From Mobula hypostoma (lineage: Eukaryota): 64,000 nucleotides of DNA. Shown here in pieces: positions 12,840-24,259 of the stretch. The notes under the pieces are model-generated. The model worked only from the letters and a program-made list of their open reading frames with translations, was not told the DNA's origin and made no database searches. The stretch is from the NCBI RefSeq assembly GCF_963921235.1, contig NC_086097.1:119600001-119664000 (forward strand). The letters are read 5' to 3'. The position numbers and the translations under genes are program-made. Every line of letters begins with the position of its first letter. The first letter of the stretch is position 1.

Positions 12840-13330
12840 ACTAAAGATTGTTCATTGTAATTTTTCAGAAGACGGGTGTAAAGGAGAATGAAATATTTAT
12901 TGCTCCAGATCCAAAGCTGCATAAAAAAACAAAAAAGCATAAAAAGTACAATAAATCTAAGTACAAATGTAACACCATAAAACACAATGTACAAGAAACT
13001 GTTGAAATTGGTTGTTTATATGTAATATTACATAAGATAAGCTTATTCAGAGATGAGAGGGATTTGTTTTTTAGCCAGAAAGTGGTGAATCTGTAGAACT
13101 GAATGTCAAAGGCAGCTGTACAGGTGTATTTAAGGCAGGGGTTGATAGATTCTTGATTAGTCAGGGTGTGAAGGGATACAGGGAAAAGGCAGGAGATTGG
13201 GGTTGAGAGGAAAATGGATCAGCCATGATGAAATGGCAGAGCAGAGACAATGGGCTGAATGGCCTAATTTGCTCTCATGTCTTATGGTCTTATACTGTTA
13301 TACATAGACTGATTGTATCTGCATAAGTGA
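12840..13330 (-). mobile_element. Rex/Babar-type 3' tail interrupted by a plus-strand CR1 3' end (13047-13293)
   Basis: Same tail family as 19750-20140 and 30000-30250; the CR1 ends in tcttatggtcttat, with CTTAT duplicated at 13042-13046 and 13289-13293. Confidence 0.65.
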
Positions 13331-14544
13331 CTTATCTTCTGATGTACATTTCAATTCCCAAACTCCTTACATGTAACACTGAAAATAATCAACCAAACCT
13401 AGCTCTCTAATTTCAAGTTGCAGGACGCATTCATTATTTTACCTATATTATTAGTAGCACTATGGAAATCAGTGTTTTCCTGGTTTGGAGTGAGATCTCC
13501 CACAAGGATCTTGGTTTGTAGTAGACTGTGAAAGCTCAGCCATCTGTGGTAGAGCACAGGTCCTCTCCCAGAATGACTGGCCAACTACACTCACAGACGA
13601 CCTCGACAGCACTGCCCTCCAGCTCAACAGTTGACAAGCTATCACAGTTAGTTGCACCTGATGTTCACAACCATTCCAAATCACTCCACTCCTGCTAAAA
13701 GATAAAGTTTATATAAGAGATTTAAAGCCATTACATGAAGATTTAAATGCTAAGGTTAAAAATACACAAATGATTGATTGGTTGTCCACCCTATCTGACA
13801 ATAACAAAGTAACCTGTGCGGGAGGGTTTTTAAAGTGGAAAAGCCTTTGCACTGGGGCAATTTCACTCTCTCCCCCTCGGAGGTCTGGGTGCCGAGGTAC
13901 GAGTAGACGTTACAACTGGGGTCTTCCTTGATTGCAGTGGATGCCCAGAGGTGCTGGACACCCCAACACACATAATTAACAACAAATAGAACGCTCTTCT
14001 CCCAATCACTTCAACGGACTTGTGTGCTCAAGCCAGGATTATACTGATGCATTCTTAAGAAATTCCCCAGCCTGTGAGCTTCTTGCCCAGGGAAGTTAAT
14101 ATAGCCCCTTTGACCTCCTGTGGGAGTCAGCTGGTAAAACTGATATCCCATGATGCTCTGTTGAGCAGAAGTGTGTGATGCTGCATTGGTTCATCAAGGG
14201 TCAAGTTACAGATGAATCTGCTGGTAACTCTGCCCAGCTACAGTACATCTACTCTGAACTGGTTTTGTTAGTGGCCATATGCAAAACTAGCAAGAATGGA
14301 AATGCTGGGTTTAGAAGGCTGTGGAGGCAGCTGATAGAGGTGTGCAAAATTATGCAGTAGGGCAGATGGTGAAAAGCCTTTTCCCAATAATAGAGATTTC
14401 CAAAATCAAAGAATGTAGGTTTAAAGATAAAAAATCAAAGCGTTAGAGGGGATTTGAAGGGACATTTTTTTCTCCCAGGATGTGGTTGCAATGCAGTGAC
14501 TGAGCGGGGTGGAGACAGATATTCTCACAAAAGTAGTAGTAGTA

Positions 14545-15420
14545 CATTCACTTGAGTTGAGTAGGATGTCTATTGGTGGGTTCTCCGCTGGCTGCTCTAG
14601 GGTATATCTGGGAAATTAGGGTGGATACCCCTGATGGAGAACGCCTGTGCATGATTTTGTTTAATGTGGGGTGGCTGATGCAAGGGCAGCCAGAGCACGG
14701 TCCTTGACGTATCAAGGTCAGGATCAGACCAATCTGGAATGCAAGATGATTGAGAACCTTCACTGCTGCACCAGCTTTCCACCTTCTCTGCCAATGTGAT
14801 GTGTCATCATCTTCAGCCAGTTCCACCACTGTGGTCTTGAATGGATCATTCCTAATCTGGAACCTCCTCCTGCCACAACCATGGATTCGACAGCACAGCA
14901 GATTCGGCACTTGCTCTCGTGAATATGCACGTGTCAGCTAATTATTATTTCATTGTGGCTGTATTTAACTCCATTCATTCTGTTGTAGTATTTGTTGTGA
15001 CTTGGACGCAGCAACGCTTCGCTGCCTGCATTCCACCTTGCCTGAGAAATTGGACTGTCAAATCAACTGACTCGGAAGACTAGCGGTATTCATTTTATTC
15101 TTAGTTGTTCTTTTCGGCCGCAGTGTAGACTTCATTTTCCATTTGAGAGTTTTAGTTAACAGCCCTGTTTGACCAAGCGTTTATTGTTTTCTTTTCCCTT
15201 TAACACTGTTCACATTAAAGTCTGTGAACTATCGACCTGCTTCAATGTCTCTCACACCACACTTGGGCCATATCAGAACCTGGTGACACCTCCTTCTGAA
15301 TGCCATGGGTGACCCTACCAGTAGCTAGGCACCAGATGGCTAAATCTCAGATGTCATATTTCTCAAGATCTCCAGAGCTCACAAATCTCTCCACTGCAAG
15401 ATGACGATCCTCAGAAATTC
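14545..15420 (-). mobile_element. RTE-head non-autonomous retroelement, host of a solo LTR
   Basis: Shares CATGGGTGACCCTAC (15304) with copies at 23528 and 32109 (reverse complement); resembles the 5' end of Expander/RTE elements. Confidence 0.55.
14871..15288 (+). mobile_element. Solo LTR (probably Ty3/Gypsy)
   Basis: TGCCAC...GTGACA termini, perfect 5-bp TSD CCTCC (14866-14870 and 15289-15293), TATA-like gtatttaa and an ATTAAA signal. Confidence 0.85.
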
Positions 15421-15604
15421 TTACAAAAAGAATTAAAATGAGGACTTGGTTTGCCAAAGCATAGAAGACTACAGTCAAAGTGTTGATAAATATTTGGATA
15501 CTTGAAAGGCCTGTTTCTGTACTGTATAACTCTATGCCTCTATTAAATGTGTAGATGTCCTCAAGGCACATTCAAAGTATGTTAATTAACAGTTAATATT
15601 GATC

Positions 15605-15928
15605 ATGGTGGTAGGGTAGTGCCGGGGTTAACGTAATTACCTTACAGTGCCAGTGATTACTGATTGGGATTCACTCTCTGTAAGGAGTTTGTAAGTTCTC
15701 CCCGTGACACCCGAGTGGGTTTCCTCCATGTGCTCTAGTTTCCTCCCACTTTCCAAAGATGTATGGTTTAGGGTTAGTAATTTGTGGGCAGGCTACCCTG
15801 GCACTGAAAACATAATGACACTTGCGGTCTGCTCCCAGCACTGTCCTCAGATTGCGTTGGATGTTGACGAAAAATGAGACATTTCACTCTATGTTTCATT
15901 GTATGTGTGGCAAATAAAGCTAATCTTT
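15605..15928 (+). mobile_element. V-domain SINE (HE1-like)
   Basis: Central gtgggtttcctccatgtgctctagtttcctcccac matches the V-SINE domain; ends aataaagctaatct. Confidence 0.8.
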
Positions 15929-16246
15929 CCCTTTTGTACAATTTTATACCAAACAGAAACAAGGCAGATGAATAGCTAGAATCGAATAGGAAACCCATTA
16001 GCCGTGTCCATTCCTATTGGACACCAATTTAACTTCTCTCTTCAAAGCAGCATGGAAGGCTTCTTTGGAACATCCAGGGCTTTATGTAGATAATGGCCTA
16101 AGCAGGTAGCAATAAGAAAAGGGCATCCATTTAGAAGAGAGAAGAATGATGGGGGTGGGGTTCTCACCGAAACCTATTGAATATTGAAAGGTCTAGGTGT
16201 GAAAGAGTTGATGTGAAAAGGATGTTTCCTACAGTGGGAGAGAGTC

Positions 16247-16962
16247 ATTTTTCATTTTTAAATTTTTTTTATTATTATTGAAAATCAACAATAAAGAAAA
16301 ATACATCAAGATAATCAAGACAACATATCCATATGTAGAATAAGAGTTAAACTATCAACCAAACTAAACAGTATATCAATAATAATTAAAAAAATGTTAA
16401 AGCTATTTTTTTGGAAATAAGTAAGAAGGATAAAAGAACCTCTACTTACTAAAACAAAAAAAAACCCAATAACAAAAAAAAACGGGGGAAAAAAACCCAT
16501 TTGAAGCACAAACCCAGAGCTATATGCCATACAAGCTTCCATAAAAAAAAGACATCAATCCGCCAAACAAATCCATTTACCCAAGAATCAGAAAAGGACC
16601 ATCTTAAGGGCATGACTTCAGGATTGAAGGGCGCCCTTTCAGAACAGAAATGCAAAGAAATTTTTTTAGTCAGAGGGTGGTGAATCTATGGAATTTGTTG
16701 CCACGGGCAGCAGTGGAGGCCAAGTCATTGGGCGTATTTAAGGCAGAGATTGATAGGTATCTGAGTAGCCAGAGCATCAAAGGTTATGGTGAGAAGGCGG
16801 GGCAGTGGGACTAAATAGGATAAAATGGATCAGCTCATGATAAAATGGCGGAACAGACTTGATGGGCTGAATGGCCTACTTCTGCTCCTTCCTTTGTCTT
16901 ATGGTCTTAATTAACTCAAGTCAAATGATAATAACCGGCAAAAGAACCCCACCTTTCTCGAA
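16247..16962 (-). mobile_element. L1 3' fragment (ORF2 C-terminus, 3' UTR, poly-A) with 11-bp TSD
   Basis: Minus strand ERWGSFAGYYHLT* parallels QIWGPFIRYFHLM* of the L1 at 61609; GGGAGAGAGTC at 16236-16246 and 16963-16973. Confidence 0.85.
16608..16910 (+). mobile_element. CR1 3' end nested in the L1 fragment
   Basis: CR1 3' sequence with a tcttatggtctt tail; TCTTAA at 16602-16607 and 16905-16910. Confidence 0.85.
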
Positions 16963-17297
16963 GGGAGAGAGTCTAGAATAGAAGGATGTCCCTTTAGAAC
17001 AGAGATGAGGAAGAATTTCTTCAACCAGACGGTAGTGAATCGGTGGTATTCAAAGTCAGAGATGACTGTAGAGGCCAAGTAATTGGGTATATTTAAAGTG
17101 GAGGCTGATAAGTTCTTGATTAGTAAGGGTGTCAAAGGTTATAGGGTGAAGGCAGGAGAAAGGGGTTGAGAGGGATAATAAATCAACCTCGATGGAATGG
17201 CAGAGCAGACTCGAGAGACTGAATGACCTAATCTTGATCCTATGTCTTATGGTCTATGGTGGAATGGTGTAACCTAAGTGAGTGTGTAAGAGAAGTA

Positions 17298-17369
17298 TAG
17301 TACTGTGCAAAGCACATACTTCAGCACATAGATCTAGCTACGATGCCTAAGAATTTACACAGTACTGTA
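17298..17369. mobile_element. Small Tc1-type hairpin (MITE-like); second copy at ~18008-18080
   Basis: Inverted termini agtactgtgcaaa ... tttacacagtactg, with gcctaaga in the right arm of both copies. Confidence 0.55.
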
Positions 17370-17587
17370 AGTTGTTTTTATATCATATCTTGCATGTGTT
17401 AATTTGTATTGATATGAAGCACAGAGTGGAAAGACCACCATCTCAATTCTATCTCTATTTGCCCTTGAACAAGCAGTATCTGTGAGCCCAAACATGAGGA
17501 AATCTGCAGATGCTGGAAATTCAAGCAACACACATAAAAATTGCTGGTGAATGCAGCAGGCCAGGCAGCATCTCTAGGAAGAGGTAC

Positions 17588-17622
17588 AGTGACGTTTCAG
17601 GCCGAGACCCTTCGTCAGGACT
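17588..17622 (-). ncRNA. Minimal hammerhead ribozyme motif
   Basis: Minus strand AGTC-CTGACGA-AGGGTCTCGGCCT-GAAA-CGTC-ACT (one base missing from stem I). Confidence 0.65.
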
Positions 17623-17870
17623 AACTGAAGGAAGAGCTAGTAAGAGGTACGAAAGTGGTGGGGGGGGGGGTGGAGATCCAAAATGATAGGAGAAGACAGG
17701 AGGGGGAGGGATGGAGCCAAGAGCTGGACAGTTGATAGGCAAAAGGGATATGAGAGGATCATGGGACAGGAGGCCCAGGGAGAAAGAAAAGGGGCCTGTC
17801 TTCTCCTATCATTTCGGATCTCCCCCTCCCCCTCCCACTTTCAAATCTCTTACTAGCTCTTCTTTCAGTT

Positions 17871-17906
17871 AGCCCTGACGAAGGTTCTCGGCCCGAAACG
17901 TCGACT
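17871..17906 (+). ncRNA. Minimal hammerhead ribozyme motif
   Basis: AGCC-CTGACGA-AGGTTCTCGGCCC-GAAA-CGTC-GACT. Confidence 0.7.
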
Positions 17907-18484
17907 GTACCTCTTCCTATAGATGCTGCCTGGCCTGCTGCGTTCACCAGCAACTAATATCTGTGAGCTTTCAATTTTTGTTAATATTGATAAATATTTA
18001 GTAGGTAGAATACTGTGCAAAATTCTAAGGTACCCTAGTTATGTATACAGTACATATGTGCCTAAGACTTCTGTACAGTAATCTATTGTCACTGGCTCCC
18101 CACAATTCTCAAGATACAGCCACCATGATTGATCAACAATTATTCCTTTTGGTTTGTGATCCAATATTTTGGCCCTGTTGCACTGTCAGTTCCCTCCACC
18201 ACCCCTTGGACAAAAAACTGGGGACATGGTAGCATGGTGTGAGGCTAGGAGGTAAAAATCACCAGAGCCTCATGTTGGGTTTACCCCTGTTGGCTCAGTA
18301 CCTAACCTGAGATAAAATCAGTTATTTAGTTTCATCTGGAGTTTCCCTGAAGATGCAACAAAACATTTGTTATTTCATCATCTTTTTCCTTGTTCCATTT
18401 CTATGCTTCACATTACTTTAAAAGAAAAGTTATATCATTATTTCCAATGCTTTATGTTCCTGTGATTCATTTACAGCATGGATA

Positions 18485-19070
18485 TTAAAGGCTGTCTGTT
18501 GGTCGAGATCAACCATGGATGTTACCTATTAGCTGTCTGTCAATATGCAAAGTAGGGCAATATGATATGAAAAGCAAGCCACTGCCCTTGTTTTAGGCTC
18601 ATCCTCTCCATACAGTTCAATAATCCAAAGGAACAGCAGAGACCTACATAGTTTGGCACTGGCAGTTTTGCAGGAGTTGCCAGTCAACATTGAACTCAAT
18701 GTAGGACTGCTTTGGGGATATGACTCTGTATTTTTTCTTGGGGGTTTATTCCTGAAGTCCCGTTGAGTAGGCAGTGGAGGTTTGAGATCCGAGTTTTCCT
18801 TCTCCTAGATGAGCTAATTAACCATGGCTAATTAATCCCATCTGTTTGGAGCGAATGGTTTTAAGATGCCAGTAACCTGCCTTTGTTCCTTCTCCGGTCA
18901 GTAGAAACAGTTCCACTGGGCTTAGTAGCTAAGCCACACATGAAGACCATAAGCTGGACTTGGTTGTCAGAGGCTATTTGAGAAGCATGCGATTGGGAGC
19001 ATTTAGTAGATGGTGGGGAGCTTAATCCACAACCCCATCCCCCAACATTTATGGCAACCTTAAAGAACCA
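18485..19070 (-). mobile_element. Non-autonomous retroelement/SINE with RTE-like tail
   Basis: Shares blocks (ccatgga, tgccc...gctc..cctctcca, gtttggcac) with the SINE at 41300-42205. Confidence 0.5.
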
Positions 19071-19128
19071 GCAGAAATATTACAGTAGAATATATCACCA
19101 ATGTAGGTTGCAAAGAAGGTTAAGTATG

Positions 19129-19747
19129 TGTAATGCGCTGGTTCATATTTTTACTGTTATGCGGTATGTATTTCATTTAGCATTTTTTTAAGATCAGCCT
19201 GTTCTGTTTTCAGCTTATTTGGGTTATTGTTGAAGATAAGAGATGAGGAGAAATGTGTGCCATCTAATTAGGATGGTTGAATTAAGGGGAGATTTCTCTG
19301 GTGTGCGACATTAAGGTTGAGCTTGGGGCTTTTGTTCGAGAGGAAATGAAAAGGGAAGATGCAAGAAAGAAGAGGTCATAGGATTCAACCCAGAGTGGGA
19401 TTGTGATTCGATGAACCGAGGGGCAAGATCGATTGAGGATCGGTGACTATGGAGAAACTTTGAGCTCCAACCAGTGCACAGTTGACTATTTCATTAAAAT
19501 GGGACCTTTTCTCTTTTTTTGTTCTTTTCTTTACTAACCTTTAGTCAAATTCAGATTCATAAATATAATCAGATTCATATATACAGTGTACCGCCTGTTA
19601 TTTCGTGGCACTAATTTGTAACGGGGTAGCAAATTACACAGCATCCACACAAACCGGGGTTTGGGAGAACACCTCAATCTCACAAGTTTGGTGGGGACGT
19701 AGGTTGTCTTCCTGAGACTTACACAGCCAAGAAACCCGGGAGTTTCA
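19129..19747 (+). mobile_element. Solo LTR
   Basis: TGTAA...TTTCA termini; flanks TATG/TAGG (4-bp TSD, 1 mismatch); shares atccacacaaac and gagctccaa blocks with the LTR at 57560-58279. Confidence 0.7.
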
Positions 19748-19749
19748 TA

Positions 19750-20140
19750 GGCAAACAAGAAATTGACAATTATCATCAGACAATCAGACTGATTGCCTCA
19801 CTCTCATCATGGAAGAGGCTATGCTGTATCCATACCCGGAACACTAGACTCAAAAACAGTTAATTACCTAAAGCCATTAGGCTGATCAATACCTTACCCA
19901 TTAACCCACCACCACCAACACTACATACAATTCATCTCGTGTCATTTTATGTACATGCAATCTGTCTATGTACATAACAGCGACTTGTGTATTATGTTTT
20001 ATAGGATTGCTTTCATATTTATATTTGTTGTGTTTATGCTTATTGTGTTTTATATGCTGAATCAGATCCAGAGTAACAAATACTTCATTCTCCCTTACAC
20101 TCCTGTACTGAACACTAATAATAAGCAATCTAGAATCTTG
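19750..20140 (+). mobile_element. Rex1/Babar 3' end
   Basis: actagactcaaaaacag motif followed by the 3' UTR shared with 12840 and 30000. Confidence 0.6.
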
Positions 20141-20951
20141 AAGAAATTAATTACACAACTAATAACAGATGGTTTAGAAAAGAAATCTAAATATTAGAGG
20201 CTATACGTTCAAAGAAACTCTGTGAACATCTGTAGAATTCAATAGTTTGCTTGCCATTTGTTGAGTAAATGAGGCATTACTCTGTAAGTACGTTCTGTCC
20301 TACGTTCTATTTCACAGCGATGTGTGGAGGAAAGCCAGATTTAGGATCCTAGTATGTGGGTTACCTTTTCTTGAAACTATACATTGAGGCAAAGGATTCC
20401 TAATCACACAGATGCCAGAGCGCTTGCAGCAAATTTGAACAGATGTTCAATGATACCTTCCAGTAGTACAAGCACGACGTATAACACATTGATGTGTAAA
20501 AGCTTACTCATCGTCAGTATGTGCCAAGTCATATGACATGGCAATTATGGTGACCATGATTGTTCCTGGCAAATTTTTCTACAGAAGTGGTTTGCCACTG
20601 CCTTCTTCTGAGCAGTGTCTTTACAAGATGGGTGACCGCAGCCATCATCAATACAATACAAAGGCTGTATAGCTAGGACTTGTGATATGCACCAACTGCT
20701 CATATGACCATCCACCGCCTGCTCCCATGGCTTTACATGACCCTGATCCGGGAGGGGGGCGTTAAACAGGTTCTACACCTTGCCCAAGGGTGACCTGCAA
20801 GCTTGTGGAGGGAAGGAGCACCTTACATCTCCTCTGGTAGAGTCGAACCTCCATCCCACCACCCACAAAAAAAGCTTACTAAGGTGTTTAAATTTAGGTC
20901 GGAAGCCGGGAAGGGTAGAGCTGATGGCTGAAAAGGATTAGGTTTCAAGAA

Positions 20952-21175
20952 GACCATAAGACTTTAAGACACTGGAGCAGAATTAGCTCTGTCATTTCAT
21001 CATGGCTGATTTATTTTCTCCCTCAACTTCATTCACCCCGTAACTTTTGACATCCTTACCAATCAAGAACTTATCAACCTCTGCTTTAAATATACGCAGT
21101 GACTTGGCCTCCAGAGCTGCCTGTGGCAATAAATTCCACAGATTCACCACCGTCTGGCTGAAGAAATTCCTTTTC
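20952..21175 (-). mobile_element. CR1 3' end
   Basis: agaccataagac tail (reverse complement) and CR1 3' sequence. Confidence 0.8.
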
Positions 21176-21625
21176 CAAGAGCTGTGAATATTTTACAAAC
21201 TATGTCAAACTTATTTTTTAAACTGCGTCATACAAACAATGACTTTGGAAATCATTTGTGTAAATATGCTTTAGCGCAGAGCACAAATAAATTTAAACAA
21301 AAGACTCAAAGAGCAATTGCCTCTTGTGGGATTCTCTAAGGATGGTACATTTGGGAGAAATAGGAGCACTAAATGGATGCTAAACAAAGCACTAATGGCA
21401 AATACAATTCCGCTAAACATCCAAGGCATTGGAATAAAGCCAAAAAGTACTGGAAGGAACAAAAGTTTGCAGATACTGCAATCTGAAGCAACAAACAATT
21501 TGCTGGAGCAAATGCTGCAGGTTGATCAGCATCTTTGAGAGGTAAGGACATGCTGACATTTAGTAATACAAACTCTCAGCAAATCAGATGGCAGCTGTGG
21601 GTAGAGAAGTAAAGTTTACGTTCAA

Positions 21626-22157
21626 AACTCAGCAGCCACTTTATTAGGTACCTACTGTATCTTCTGCTGCTGTATCCCATCCACTTCAACATTCAATGTG
21701 TTGTATGTTCAGAGACTTCTGCACATCGCCATTGCAATGCATGTTTACTTGAGTTACTATTGCCTTCCTGTCAGATTGAACAAGTCTGACCATTCTCCTC
21801 TGACCCCTCTCATTAGCAACATGTTTTTGTCAACAGAACTGCTGTTCACTGAATGTTTTCTGTTTGTTTATCGCACCATTGTCTCTAAATTCTAGAAATT
21901 GTGCACGAAAATAGCTGGAAATAGGCAGTTTCTGAGATACTCAAACCACCCTGTCTGGCATTGATAACCATTCCCCGGACAAAGTTAATTAGGTCACATT
22001 CCTTTCCCATTTTGATGTTTGATCTGAATGGCAACTGAACCCCTTGACCATGTCTGCATGCTGTTATGAATTGAATTGGTGCCACATGATTGGATAATTA
22101 GATATTTGCATTATCGAGCAGGTGTACAGGTATACCTAATAACATGGCTACTGAATG
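21626..22157 (-). mobile_element. Internally deleted Tc1 element
   Basis: TIR ACTCAGCAGCCACTTTATTAGGTAC; transposase N-terminal HTH remnant MGKECDLINFVRGMVINARQGGLSISETA. Confidence 0.85.
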
Positions 22158-23204
22158 TATCCTTCTCCTTGTTTAGGGATAAGAGGACATTACCTATAGA
22201 AAACTTACAAGTCACAAAGAAAAAAATCCCTCTGTGCACAATGCACAATAAATTAACAGCTCATTTTTTTTAATCAACAGGTTTATAATTTTATTGCCTG
22301 TAATCAAAATTAAATTTCATCTACCTTACTGGAAGAATTATGGCTAATTGTACTAAGATGAACACTGAGATTTGCAATAAGTGTGGAATCTAGACAGAAG
22401 TTTCAGGATCAAGCGATTGCTTCTAAAACTCTCCCTCAGCTACCCTTTCAGTAAATTATCTGCAGTAATATTCCGTTGCAGCGGATTGATAGCAATTTTC
22501 ATCTCTCTAAGCTGGATGAGAATTCTGCATGGACTGACAGGATCCAAGTCTCCTCAGCTTTCAGGCTAAGTAGATCCCAAATGGAATGTTTTTGGACAGA
22601 TTCATTCATTGGCCTAGAGCCTAAAACAGTTTCTAATTTGACAATCATACTTGGAGATGACAGAAGGACACTGACTGGGGAAATTAATATTTTACACTGA
22701 ATGGCTAGATGATGATCTTTGGTGATTAGAATCAAGGCATTTGAAAGTGAAATTTCTCCTGTCAATAAATGGACTTTTATCCACAGGCAAAAGCAGTAAA
22801 GCATGGACTTTGAGTGCTGAAAATTATTTCATCCTTTAACACTTGGGGAAATAGTTTGCCACGATATGAATGTGACAAGGTTCAATAACAAGGATTGTCT
22901 GTATTCACCATATACATTTACATGGATTAAGAATTTCCTATGATGTGTTTGTTTATTTATTTAATTTACTCGTTGAGATCCTGCCCAGAATAGGCCATTC
23001 CAGCCCTACGAGCCGCGCCACACAATGACCTATGAACCTACCCGGTACATCTTTGGACTGTATTGATATGACATGCATCAAGAAACAATATCATTCAACA
23101 ACTATAAGAAAAAAAATACATAAAAATAAAGTTTGGATATGGAATTACACGTGTATGAATACATAAATACCTTCATGTACTTAGTAGTATGATCACACTG
23201 TGTT

Positions 23205-23645
23205 CTCTAAAAGCATTGTCTACTGGGAGTCCTCAGGTGGTTGTAGAGTCTGATCTGGGATCCATGTAACCAGGATGTTAATCTGGGTTCCTTTAACGAA
23301 GAATGCATGTGTCCATGTAGGGAAGCTGATGCATGGGCAGCCACCAACAATCCTCGACAGATTGGAGTAAGGGTCCAGTAGTATGAAGTGCAAGATGACC
23401 GGGGGTCTTCAATGCTGAAGGTTTCCTCCACCTTCACTGCTTTTATAATATGACATTGTCTTCCACAAGCTCTACCATTGAGGTCTTGGTTAGATTGCTC
23501 TTTGTCTGGAAACTCCACCTTGACCTTCATGGGTGACCCTACCATGAGCGAAGAAACAGGTGGCTGAATTCTAGGTGGCATCGCTCTTGGGATGTCAGGA
23601 ACTCACAAACTCTCCACCATGACAAGGTGATGATCCTCGGAGATG
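23205..23645 (-). mobile_element. RTE-head non-autonomous retroelement
   Basis: CATGGGTGACCCTACCA at 23528-23544; on the minus strand the head reads caccttgtcatggtggagagtttgtgag. Confidence 0.6.
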
Positions 23646-24259
23646 TGACAGGTATTTGCAATGTAAACAGTATTATAAAAAGTGGTTTAAAATGATTACA
23701 GCACAGTGAGGTAATCGAGGTAATAGATAGCGGGGGTGGGGTGCGGATCTAATGAGAACAGTTGATCTGATTAATTGCCTGGAGGGAAAACAGATTATTG
23801 GTCAAAAAGGGATGAAATCCTATGTAAATCCAATGTGTGCTTATGACAAAACTGACCCTGAGACAGCAAAAGGATTTTCTATGGATGAGGGAAAGCAAAT
23901 CATGCTTCCTCTGTGGCAACATTTTGGAGGTGGATTTTACCTGTCAGCATTGAGAAAAAGTGCATGATAGCTGCTTGGCCACTTGATTTTCTCATTGACA
24001 GAGTTCAATACAGAAGAAAATTGGTAAAATATATATATCAGCATGAGGCAATATACCACCTCTCAGGCTCCACCAAGAACTGAAGTTCTTCAAAAGGCTG
24101 ACAGGGAATACTTAAAACAAATTGCACTGTAGTTTTTGTTTGAGGTTCTGAGGTGGCTGATGAGGTTAATATGGAAACAGCAAACTGTTCCACAGATTGT
24201 GAAGTAAGATCTAAGATTAGCAATATTTGTCATCTTTGCATTGGCACACAGCCCTGGAG

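Larger units (their letters stand above)
16130..17258 (+). mobile_element. CR1 3' region interrupted by an L1 3' fragment
   Basis: CR1 sequence breaks at 16246 and resumes at 16963; ends tcttatggtct. Confidence 0.8.
17488..17957. mobile_element. Fold-back PLE 3'-end element with 11-bp TSD and two opposed hammerhead motifs
   Basis: TATCTGTGAGC at 17477-17487 and 17958-17968; the left arm is inverted relative to 17795-17955. Confidence 0.9.
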
